A DNA stretch of 20,110 bases from Candidatus Buchananbacteria bacterium (GTDB lineage Bacteria > Patescibacteriota > Patescibacteriia > 2-01-FULL-39-33), in the NCBI GenBank assembly GCA_041666945.1, contig JBAYFY010000002.1:192701-212810 (forward strand), read 5' to 3'. The first letter of the stretch is position 1. Each line of letters opens with the position of its first letter. Below are positions 1-7,373 of this stretch, one piece after another. The notes beneath the pieces are model-generated. The model made no database searches. It was not told where the DNA came from and saw only the letters and a program-made list of their open reading frames with translations. Position numbers and translations under genes: made by a program.

Positions 1-1516
1 GCCCCACTTGCTGGGCGCTGTCCTGATAGGTGATAAGCGACAGGGCCTCCACTTTTTCTTCCGCTACCAGAATATCCATTTTTACCACCTCGGTTTTTTC
101 ATAGCTGGAAAAATCATAATTGAGGGACGCATAGCCGCTGGTAATGGATTTGAGCTTATCGTAAAAATCAACAATAATCTGGGTTAACGGCAAATAATAA
201 TGCAACACGGCCAGCTCCTCGTCCAGATACTCGGTATTGATGTAACTGCCGCGTTTTTCAGCGGATAACTGCATCACGCCGCCCAGGTATTCTTTGGGCG
301 TAAAAATGTCAACTTTCATTATCGGTTCTTCCACTTGTTTGTAATAAGTCGGATCGGGGAATTCTTGCGGATTGTAAACATCCTTCACGTCTCCATTAGT
401 CAAATAAACCTTATACGCCACGCTGGGAATGGTTACCACCAGTTCCAAATTAAACTCGCGCTTCAATCGTTCTTGAAAAATTTCCAGATGCAGCAAGCCC
501 AAAAAACCGCAACGAAAACCGAAACCCAAAGCCGAGGAATTTTCCGGTTCATAAGACAGGGCGGCATCGTTTAATTTTAATTTTTCAATAGCTTCGCGCA
601 AGCGGCTGAAGTCAGAACCGTCCTTGCAAAAAATTCCGGCGTAAACCATGGGCTTGACCTGCTTGTAGCCGGGCAATGGCTCCACGGCCAAATCTTTTAA
701 CGTTATAGTGTCGCCGACGCGGCATTGCGCCACCTCATGCAAGCCCGTAACAATATAGCCGATTTCTCCGGAAGTCAGGGATTTATCTTTTACATACTTG
801 GGGGAGAAGTGGCCGACTTCCAATCCTTCGGCCAATTGCTGATTAGAGACGAATTTAATATGTTCCCCCGGCTTGATGCCGCCGTCAAAGATCCTGACAT
901 AAGCGATGACGCCGCGGTACTCGTCGTAAACCGAATCAAAAATCAAAGCGCGCAACGGTTTATCCGGAGACAGTTTTGGCGCCGGCACCTGGGCGATTAC
1001 GGCTGAAAGCAATTCCGTTACGCCCTGGCCGGTCTTGCCGGAAACATGGAAAATTTCTTCTTTTCGGCAACCCAATAAATTAATTATCTCCTCGGAAACG
1101 CGTTCCACTTGGGCGTTGGGCAAATCAATCTTATTGATTACCGGAATAATCGTTAAATTAGCGTCCAGTGCCAAGTAAAGATTGGCCAAGGTTTGGGCTT
1201 GAATGCCTTGCGTGGCGTCAACTAAAAGTATCGCGCCCTCCACGGCATGCAAACTGCGCGACACTTCATAAGTAAAATCCACATGGCCCGGAGTGTCAAT
1301 CAAGTTAAGCTCATAGCCCTGATATTGCATCCGCACCGGCGTTAATTTTATGGTAATCCCCCGTTCCCGTTCAATGTCCATTTGATCCAAAAGCTGATCT
1401 TTCATCTCGCGTTTGGAAATGGTTCCGGTCAATTCCAACATGCGGTCGGCCAAGGTGGACTTGCCATGGTCAATGTGAGCGATAATGCAGAAATTACGGA
1501 TATTATTTGAATTCAT
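1..1516 (-). CDS. lepA: Elongation factor 4 (LepA), N-terminal ~505 aa; C-terminus lies beyond the window start
   Basis: The minus-strand frame opens with ATG at 1516-1514 and stays open to position 1. Its translation is MNSNNIRNFCIIAHIDHGKSTLADRMLELTG...DTPGHVDFTYEVSRSL...NKIDLPNA, giving the GTPase G1 (AHIDHGKST), G3 (DTPGH) and G4 (NKID) motifs and LepA-like continuation. The ORF track omitted it because it has no in-window stop. Confidence 0.9.
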   Translation of the reverse strand, partial: MNSNNIRNFCIIAHIDHGKSTLADRMLELTGTISKREMKDQLLDQMDIERERGITIKLTPVRMQYQGYELNLIDTPGHVDFTYEVSRSLHAVEGAILLVDATQGIQAQTLANLYLALDANLTIIPVINKIDLPNAQVERVSEEIINLLGCRKEEIFHVSGKTGQGVTELLSAVIAQVPAPKLSPDKPLRALIFDSVYDEYRGVIAYVRIFDGGIKPGEHIKFVSNQQLAEGLEVGHFSPKYVKDKSLTSGEIGYIVTGLHEVAQCRVGDTITLKDLAVEPLPGYKQVKPMVYAGIFCKDGSDFSRLREAIEKLKLNDAALSYEPENSSALGFGFRCGFLGLLHLEIFQERLKREFNLELVVTIPSVAYKVYLTNGDVKDVYNPQEFPDPTYYKQVEEPIMKVDIFTPKEYLGGVMQLSAEKRGSYINTEYLDEELAVLHYYLPLTQIIVDFYDKLKSITSGYASLNYDFSSYEKTEVVKMDILVAEEKVEALSLITYQDSAQQVG

Positions 1517-1535
1517 AGCGTCAGGTAATGGAAAA

Positions 1536-1564
1536 ATTTTAACATAATTCGGCCAAATTTACAA
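1536..1564 (-). promoter_or_regulatory. Candidate sigma70 promoter for lepA (TTGTAA-17-TGTTAAAAT)
   Basis: On the minus strand the sequence reads TTGTAA, then a 17-nt spacer ending in TGT, then TAAAAT, then 19 nt to the lepA ATG. The same hexamers recur at the PfkB kinase promoter. Confidence 0.45.
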
Positions 1565-1566
1565 AT

Positions 1567-1595
1567 TTGACTTTTTTATCTTTTTATGATATCAT
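1567..1595 (+). promoter_or_regulatory. Candidate sigma70 promoter (TTGACT-17-TGaTATCAT) for the 1641 gene
   Basis: TTGACT sits at 1567-1572 and, after a 17-nt spacer, an extended -10 TGATATCAT ends at 1595. It is divergent from the lepA promoter. The predicted transcription start lies near 1602, which argues for ATG 1641 over ATG 1599. Confidence 0.5.
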
Positions 1596-1640
1596 CTTAT
1601 GAATGTAGCACCTTTCAGTCAAAATAAAAGGAGAACAAGC

Positions 1641-2255
1641 ATGGTTAAGCACCAAACGACCGAGTTAAGCGGTTCGACGATCAAAATCGCCGTTATCGCC
1701 ACCTTGATAGCCGCTCTGGTATTAACCGGCGCGGCTACAGCCAGTAAAACAAGCGTTAAGACGCAGGATTCGCAGCTGGAAGCAAAAAAGAAAGAAACGA
1801 AAGAAAAAAACGGCAAAGAGAAAAAAGTTGAATCGGTTACGCCGCAACAACCCAATCCCGCTAAAGAAAAATTGCAATTTTTTTTGGCGGAAGGTGACAT
1901 TCCCGAAGAAAAAATGTATGTCGGCGCCGCCGGCAGAATGATCAGCAATCCGCGTAGTATTGATTACACCGAAGTAGCCATGGCTACCTCGCCCTATCGG
2001 GAATTGAAAGAACGCAAATTGGGCCCCAACAGCGGCGCTTATTGGCTGTTGGTCGCCGAGGCCGGAGACATCGCTTTGCGGGAAGTCATTAAGTACGCCA
2101 AAAAACAAGGCATCACTCTTATTACCGATCGGGAAAACTTAGTGAAGTTTCTCAAAAAGCAGGAACGTTTCAAGAATAACGCTGATGAAGAACTGATCGG
2201 CTGGTTTGATATTACCGGCCAAATCAAAGAAGTAATAAAGAACCTTGACGAATAA
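1641..2255 (+). CDS. Hypothetical secreted or membrane-anchored protein (N-terminal hydrophobic segment, Lys/Glu-rich linker, C-terminal globular domain)
   Basis: A 218-aa ORF with an SD (AAAGGAG at 1627-1633) placed 7 nt before ATG 1641. It begins MVKHQTTELSGSTIKIAVIATLIAALVLTGAATA|SK, a signal/anchor with an AxA site. A KKKETKEKNGKEKK low-complexity linker follows, then a ~120-aa domain (YWLLVAEAGDIALREVIKYAKKQGITLITDREN) that I do not recognise. Confidence 0.6.
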   Translation: MVKHQTTELSGSTIKIAVIATLIAALVLTGAATASKTSVKTQDSQLEAKKKETKEKNGKEKKVESVTPQQPNPAKEKLQFFLAEGDIPEEKMYVGAAGRMISNPRSIDYTEVAMATSPYRELKERKLGPNSGAYWLLVAEAGDIALREVIKYAKKQGITLITDRENLVKFLKKQERFKNNADEELIGWFDITGQIKEVIKNLDE

Positions 2256-2263
2256 ACACCCCG

Positions 2264-2296
2264 ACTCCAATGGAGCCGGGGCTTTTTAGTTGAAAA
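2264..2296. terminator. Hairpin terminator between convergent genes (1641 gene on plus, murJ on minus)
   Basis: CCCCGACTCC aatg GAGCCGGGG forms a 9/10-bp stem followed by CTTTTT on plus. The reverse complement carries TTTATT. Confidence 0.55.
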
Positions 2297-2313
2297 TAAT
2301 TAATTGAAAAAAA

Positions 2314-4029
2314 TCAAACGCCGCTGCCATTATTAACGCCATTATCCGCCATAATCACCGCCGACTTGAATAATCTGCGTTTCATGGAGGTAAGGAAGAT
2401 AAACATTTCTTCAATTTTTAAAATCAATCCTAACGCGGCGTAACCGAGCAGTCCCAAGACGCCGGCTGCCAGCCCTTGGCAGAATATTCCCCAGAACGTC
2501 TGCACAGCCAGATAGTCGTCAATAAACCGCAAAGAAAAATAAGTTATTAAACCGCCGCCGATGGAAGCGATGGCGATGCGCCAAGCGGAGTTGGCGATGC
2601 GCCTGATATCCAGCCGGCCGATTTTGTTACGCAGCAAAACCATGAGCAGCAATAATTCAAAGATTGCCGATACGGACATCGCCGCCGGCAAAGCTAAGAC
2701 GCGCATATCCACATAACCCCATAAGTCCGATAACCGCAAAAGCGCGGCGGCGGTAAAAGAAAACCAATTCTGAAAGGAAAAAACAAAACGGAAAACCAAA
2801 ATTCCCGCTACGTTGATTATCATTGACAATAAGCCGGCGTAAAAAGGAGTTTTAGTGTCACGCAGGGCGTAAAAACCGCGGATAATAAGAGGATAAGCGC
2901 CAGCGGCAAACAGTCCGATGCAAAAGATAGCCAGAGAGGCGGCGGTTAAACGGGTATCATACCAATCAAATCGACCGCCGCCTAACAGTACGCGAACGAT
3001 TTGCGCGCGCAAAACATAAAGGATTATGGCCACCGGCACGATTAAAAAAAGCGTTTGGCGGAAAGTGGTGGAAATGACGGCTACGAATTCCTGGTTTTTC
3101 TTTTGCGCCGCCAGGGTGGATAAAACCGGCAGAGCCGCTATGCCCAAAGAGACGCCGAAAATTCCCAACGGGAAATTCTGCAAGTTATTGGCAAAGGTAA
3201 AGATGGATAAAGAGCCGGCGGCTAAAGTTGAAGCCACGACGGTAATGATTAAAAAATTAATTTGGTTGACGGCCAAGGACACGGTGCGCGGCACCATCAT
3301 TTTAAACACTTCCAAAACATGCTTGTTCCGCCAATTAAAATCCAAGCGGTATTTGAACTTGGTGCCGAATAACGGCAGAAGTTGGATGATCATGTGCAAA
3401 AATGCGCCGATGACCACGCCCCAAGCCAAGCCCATGACGCCGAAAGGCGCGACTAAAAACAAGGCGCCGAAGATAATGCCGAGATTATATATAATCGGCG
3501 CCAGAGAATAAAGCAGGAATTTGCGCTGGGCTTGCAAAACGGAGGAAAAAATTGAGGATAAACCCAAAAAAATCGGCGACAGAAACATGACTCGGGACAA
3601 AGCAACGGCTAATTCCATCTTTTCGGGAGCAAAGCCGGGGGTGATAAACGGCATCAGCCAGGGAGCGGAAACAAACAATAGTCCGCAAGCGATCAACAGG
3701 GCGACCGACAACAGGTTCAGAATGCTGTTAATCAGTTTCCACGCTTCCTGTTCCTGGTGCTTGGCCAGAAGCGAGGCGAAAACCGGAATCAAGCCGGCCG
3801 AGACCGCGCCTAAAATCAAAAGATTATATACCAAGTCGGGCAAACGAAAAGCGGCGTAATAAGCATCCAAAATATCGCCGGCGCCGAATTGCGAAGCCAA
3901 TACCCTGTCCCTTATTATTCCCAACAGTCGGCTGACAACAGACAGCGCGCCAATAATAATAGCCGCCGAGGTGATACTCTGCGACTGGGCGTTAATTTTG
4001 GATATTATTGTTTTGATTTTTTTAAACAT
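2314..4029 (-). CDS. murJ: Lipid II flippase MurJ (MviN)
   Basis: SRLLGIIRDRVLASQFGAGDILDAYYAAFRLPDLVYNLLILGAVSAGLIPVF is the canonical MurJ N-terminal signature, and the protein is polytopic. The start is set at ATG 4029 (MFKKIKT) rather than the ORF-track TTG at 4107, which would add 26 aa overlapping the acs 3' end and an intergenic hairpin. Confidence 0.85.
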   Translation of the reverse strand: MFKKIKTIISKINAQSQSITSAAIIIGALSVVSRLLGIIRDRVLASQFGAGDILDAYYAAFRLPDLVYNLLILGAVSAGLIPVFASLLAKHQEQEAWKLINSILNLLSVALLIACGLLFVSAPWLMPFITPGFAPEKMELAVALSRVMFLSPIFLGLSSIFSSVLQAQRKFLLYSLAPIIYNLGIIFGALFLVAPFGVMGLAWGVVIGAFLHMIIQLLPLFGTKFKYRLDFNWRNKHVLEVFKMMVPRTVSLAVNQINFLIITVVASTLAAGSLSIFTFANNLQNFPLGIFGVSLGIAALPVLSTLAAQKKNQEFVAVISTTFRQTLFLIVPVAIILYVLRAQIVRVLLGGGRFDWYDTRLTAASLAIFCIGLFAAGAYPLIIRGFYALRDTKTPFYAGLLSMIINVAGILVFRFVFSFQNWFSFTAAALLRLSDLWGYVDMRVLALPAAMSVSAIFELLLLMVLLRNKIGRLDIRRIANSAWRIAIASIGGGLITYFSLRFIDDYLAVQTFWGIFCQGLAAGVLGLLGYAALGLILKIEEMFIFLTSMKRRLFKSAVIMADNGVNNGSGV

Positions 4030-4061
4030 TGACAATAGTAATAAAGTTTGCCGCAATCCCC

Positions 4062-4086
4062 CAACCCGACTTTGGTCGGGGTTTTT
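4062..4086. terminator. Hairpin between the acs stop and the murJ start
   Basis: CCCGAC ttt GGTCGGG is followed by GTTTTTATTTT on plus. On the transcribed minus strand the stem is followed only by UUGGGGG, so it is a weak terminator in the direction of the genes. Confidence 0.35.
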
Positions 4087-6142
4087 ATTTTGCCATTCTG
4101 ACATCAACTACTTTTACCCCCCTGCCCTTATCCAAAACCATGACCGGATTGAAATCAATTTCTTTCAACCCCGGATATTTTGTTACCAGGCAAGAAAATT
4201 TTACCAATAAATCAGCCAAAGCGCCAGTATCAGCCGGTTTTTGGCCGCGCGCGCCGGCTAAAAGCGGATAAATTTTTAATTCCCCAATCATTTTACGCGC
4301 CTCATCTTTATTAATGGGCGCCACGCGGAAAACCACATCTTTAAACACTTCCGTATAAATGCCGCCCATACCCAGCATAACCACGGCGCCGAATTGCGGA
4401 TCCCGCTTTAAGCCGACAATCACCTGCTGGCCGCTCACCATCTCACCCAAAAGATAACCTTTGATTTTCGCGCCTTTAACATTTTGAACAATATTTGTGT
4501 TCATCTCTTTAATGGCTGTTAGCAGTTCTGCTTCGTTATTAATGCCAACTTTAACCCCGCCCGCATCCGATTTATGTATCACTTGAGGCGAGACGACTTT
4601 AAGCGCAATGGGGTAGCCGACTTTTTTGGCGGCCGAAGCGGCCTGGTTGGCAGTAGTAATAAACTCGGCGCGATGCACTGGAATGTTATTTTTAATCAAT
4701 AATTGCCGGCAGGCATCCTCGGTTAATTCGTTTGGCAACTCCTTGCTTGTCTTGATCGCGGGTGCTTTAATCGCCGGTTTTTTATCCTTGAGATATCGGT
4801 AATAATCAGCCATGGCGCCTAAAACGCCCACCGCCTGTTCGGGGAAATTAAATTGGGGCAGTTTGTTATCAGCGAAAATTTGGTAATGTTTGACGATTTC
4901 CAGCTCGCCCAAAAAACACAGGATAATTGTCTTATCGGTGGTTTTTTTGATTCGGCCGATTGCTTCCGTTGTTTCTTTTATTTGCGTCATCCTCTGCGGG
5001 GTAAGAGCCACGATTATAGCGTCAACATTTTTATCTTTGACCACTTCGCGCAAGGCGATTTCATAACGATCGGCCAAGGCATCGCCCAAAACGTCAACCG
5101 GATTATGGCCGCTGGCCGCGGCCGGCAAAATCTTCTTTAATTTGGCTTTGGTGCCCTCGGACAATTTGGTCAATTCCAAGCCGTATTCGGGAAGCCAATC
5201 AGTCAGAAGAATTCCCGGGCCGCCGGCATTGGTAATAATGGCTACGCGTTTGCCGCGAGGCAGATCTTGATAAGCAAAACCCTCGGCTAAATTAAAAAAA
5301 TCCATAACATCCCGCGCCTCAATCACGCCGGACTGCTTGAAGGCGGCGCTATAAACTTGAGCGGCGCCGGCCAACGATCCGGTGTGGGAAGAAACGGCTT
5401 GGCTGCCGGCGGCAGTCCTGCCGGACTTCAGGACAATGATGGGTTTTTGGCTGGAGATTTTTTTTGCCACGGATAGGAATTTTTGTCCGTCGGCGATGCT
5501 TTCCAGGTAAGCCATTATAACTTTGCTGTTTTTGTCGCGATTGAAATATTCCAAAAGATCCAACTCATCAATGTCGCACTTATTGCCCAAGGAGACAAAA
5601 TAAGAAAAACCAAGCTTTTGGGCCTCCGCCGTGTCTAAAATGGCCGTACCCAAGGCGCCGGATTGGGAAAAGAAAGCTACATTGCCCGCTTTGGGAAAAG
5701 TAGCGGCAAAGGAAGCGTTTACTGACGGTTTAGTGTTAATATAACCTAAACAATTTGGTCCAAGCAGCCGCAATTTATACTTATCTTTAAGTTGTAATAA
5801 TTTTTCTTCCAATTTGGTTCCCTCGCCGCCAACTTCTTTAAAACCGGAAGAAATAATAAGGATATTTTTTGTTCCTTTTTTGCCGCATTCCTCAACTACG
5901 GCCGAAACAAATTGCGCCGGCACGACGATAATCGCCAAATCCGGGATTTGCGGCGTTTTTAAGATTGACGGATAAGCCGTTTTGCCTTCTATCTGCGGAT
6001 CAGAAGGATTAATGGGAAAAATTTTCCCCCGGTAGTTAGCCAAAAGGTTTTTCATCACGTCGTTGCCGACTTTACCGGCATGGTTGGAAGCGCCGATTAT
6101 TGCCACGCTTCGCGGATTAAAAAAGGGTTTAAGGATATTCAT
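4085..6142 (-). CDS. Acetyl-CoA synthetase (ADP-forming), fused alpha/beta subunits (NDP-forming acyl-CoA synthetase family)
   Basis: The N-terminal CoA-binding domain (ILKPFFNPRSVAIIGASNHAGKVG, GPNCLGYINT, SQSGALGTAIL) and the succinyl-CoA-synthetase-like His motif (SHTGSLAGAA) are followed by a C-terminal ATP-grasp domain. I place the start at ATG 6142 (MNILKP), because the upstream ATG at 6175 falls inside the predicted promoter. Confidence 0.85.
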   Translation of the reverse strand: MNILKPFFNPRSVAIIGASNHAGKVGNDVMKNLLANYRGKIFPINPSDPQIEGKTAYPSILKTPQIPDLAIIVVPAQFVSAVVEECGKKGTKNILIISSGFKEVGGEGTKLEEKLLQLKDKYKLRLLGPNCLGYINTKPSVNASFAATFPKAGNVAFFSQSGALGTAILDTAEAQKLGFSYFVSLGNKCDIDELDLLEYFNRDKNSKVIMAYLESIADGQKFLSVAKKISSQKPIIVLKSGRTAAGSQAVSSHTGSLAGAAQVYSAAFKQSGVIEARDVMDFFNLAEGFAYQDLPRGKRVAIITNAGGPGILLTDWLPEYGLELTKLSEGTKAKLKKILPAAASGHNPVDVLGDALADRYEIALREVVKDKNVDAIIVALTPQRMTQIKETTEAIGRIKKTTDKTIILCFLGELEIVKHYQIFADNKLPQFNFPEQAVGVLGAMADYYRYLKDKKPAIKAPAIKTSKELPNELTEDACRQLLIKNNIPVHRAEFITTANQAASAAKKVGYPIALKVVSPQVIHKSDAGGVKVGINNEAELLTAIKEMNTNIVQNVKGAKIKGYLLGEMVSGQQVIVGLKRDPQFGAVVMLGMGGIYTEVFKDVVFRVAPINKDEARKMIGELKIYPLLAGARGQKPADTGALADLLVKFSCLVTKYPGLKEIDFNPVMVLDKGRGVKVVDVRMAK

Positions 6143-6165
6143 AGTAGCTGATTTATTGTAACCTA

Positions 6166-6194
6166 ATTTTACCATAAATATCCAATTCAGCCAA
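6166..6194 (-). promoter_or_regulatory. Candidate promoter for acs (TTGGCT-17-TAAAAT)
   Basis: On the minus strand the sequence reads TTGGCT, a 17-nt spacer, then TAAAAT, then 23 nt to ATG 6142. Confidence 0.4.
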
Positions 6195-6230
6195 AATAAA
6201 AAGCTGGGTCGCAATGTCGCCGACCCAGCC
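6195..6230 (-). terminator. Rho-independent terminator downstream of the lipoprotein gene
   Basis: GCTGGGTCG (6203-6211) and CGACCCAGC (6221-6229) form a perfect 9-bp stem. On the minus strand the stem is followed by TTTTTATTTT. Confidence 0.55.
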
Positions 6231-6249
6231 GTCAAAAATGTTCTATTTT

Positions 6250-7164
6250 TCAGTTTTGCACTTCCCAGCCAAAACTGATATTTATGTCAATCCCTCCGAG
6301 TGCGTTCGACTCCACATAGGGGAACGAGAGCACGCTGGAGAAATTGAAGTTATTTCCCCAGTCAATGTCACGGACGATGAGCGGCAAATCGCAGTACACA
6401 TCATTGCCATCGCCGTCAATGATGTAGAGCACGTCGCCGACGAAGTTCAGCGGTAAGTAGGCCTTGAATACCATCTCGGCCTCACCCCAGAACCAAGAGA
6501 CATAGTAACTGGTGCCGTCCGAAGAAACCAGCGATGACTGGCCATAACCCCATTCATCGGTCTGATACCAGCCGGGAAGGCCGGTGATCGTGAACTGGAA
6601 CGGATAATAGTAACCGAAATTCATCACCAAATTCTCGTTCCGGTTGACGCCCCCCTCCACCAAAACATCTTTCCAGCCAGACAACAGCTGGTTGCCGTAG
6701 TTATCTTGAAAAGAAATGGAAAAACTGTAATTCCCGGGTCGAATTCCTCCACAATGAGCGCGGAACTGGTGGTCAATAATCGGTATATAGAAGGAGTAGC
6801 AGCCAGCAGCACCAGAACCACCGCCACCGCCCTTACCCATTTCCACTCCATCAACTCCATCATCAGTGGGATACAAGTAGATGTAGATGCGGGTGGCCTG
6901 TTCTTTGAGTGAATCCCCAATTTCTTGGAGATTCTCTTGAGTCAATCCAGCGATGCCGTCTTGACCGCCGCCTTTTTCCAGGGACTTGGTCACCTCGTCG
7001 ACGAATTCCTCGTCAATTTTGTCAACGACCTGGGACAGGTCGCCTTCTACCCAGAATCCACCTTCGATTTCGGGAATGGGCGGGCAACCAGCCAATGTTA
7101 CTGAGAGGGCGGCCAGGATGGCGACAACGACAACGGACATGGGCAGTGGCGCGTAGTAACACAT
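6250..7164 (-). CDS. Hypothetical lipoprotein, Gly- and aromatic-rich (Y/W/F/N/D), with atypical GC3-rich codon usage
   Basis: A strong SD (AAGGAGG) lies 8 nt before ATG 7164. The lipoprotein signal is MCYYAPLPMSVVVVAILAALSVTLAG|C with a lipobox. The mature protein carries a GGGGGSGAAG linker, a DGDGND motif and many Tyr/Trp/Gly residues. I recognise no family. Confidence 0.7.
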   Translation of the reverse strand: MCYYAPLPMSVVVVAILAALSVTLAGCPPIPEIEGGFWVEGDLSQVVDKIDEEFVDEVTKSLEKGGGQDGIAGLTQENLQEIGDSLKEQATRIYIYLYPTDDGVDGVEMGKGGGGGSGAAGCYSFYIPIIDHQFRAHCGGIRPGNYSFSISFQDNYGNQLLSGWKDVLVEGGVNRNENLVMNFGYYYPFQFTITGLPGWYQTDEWGYGQSSLVSSDGTSYYVSWFWGEAEMVFKAYLPLNFVGDVLYIIDGDGNDVYCDLPLIVRDIDWGNNFNFSSVLSFPYVESNALGGIDINISFGWEVQN

Positions 7165-7224
7165 GTGCTTTTCCTCCTTTTTGGGAACAACGTTATATTA
7201 ACCCCACGTTGGGATTAATATATT

Positions 7225-7253
7225 ATTATATCACATCTAAATAATTTTGTCAA
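7225..7253 (-). promoter_or_regulatory. Consensus sigma70 promoter for the lipoprotein gene (TTGACA-17-TGaTATAAT)
   Basis: The minus strand reads TTGACA AAATTATTTAGATGTGA TATAAT: a perfect -35, a 17-nt spacer, and an extended -10. Confidence 0.6.
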
Positions 7254-7317
7254 CACCTTCTTGTTATAATATTAAGTAAATTATCTAAATTTAAATAAAA
7301 TTAATTCAAAAACAAAT

Positions 7318-7346
7318 CAAAAAAGCCAGTTTTTCTGGCTTTTTTG
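7318..7346. terminator. Bidirectional rho-independent terminator after ppdK
   Basis: AAAAAA AGCCAG ttttt CTGGCT TTTTTT: a perfect 6-bp stem flanked by A and T runs. Confidence 0.6.
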
Positions 7347-7373
7347 ATTTAAAATTAGATTATTTCCTATTTC

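Noticed and set aside
335-1006. Plus-strand ORFs 335-574 and 725-1006
   Set aside because: They lie entirely inside the well-supported minus-strand lepA reading frame and are antisense frames with no SD or promoter context.
1619-2227. Minus-strand ORFs 1619-1948, 1722-2108 and 2039-2227
   Set aside because: They are antisense to the plus-strand gene that has a promoter, SD and signal peptide. Their Cys/Phe-rich translations are typical of the reverse frames of Lys/Glu-rich coding sequence.
3026-3859. Plus-strand ORFs inside murJ (3026-3511, 3521-3859) and minus 3485-3688
   Set aside because: Antisense or alternate frames of a confidently identified MurJ gene. Their Lys/Pro-rich low-complexity translations have no start signals.
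4030-4107. ORF-track start (TTG 4107 / ATG 4104) for murJ
   Set aside because: It would add 26 aa that overlap the acs stop and the intergenic hairpin. ATG 4029 gives a MurJ N-terminus of more typical length.
6143-6235. Longer acs start at 6235 or 6175
   Set aside because: The extension overlaps the terminator hairpin at 6203-6229 and the predicted -35/-10. MNILKPFF at 6142 aligns with the usual start of the CoA-binding domain.
6214-7244. ORFs 6214-6456(+), 6624-6920(-), 6706-6912(+) and 6909-7244(+)
   Set aside because: They overlap the lipoprotein gene, which has SD, lipobox and promoter support, and have no independent signals.
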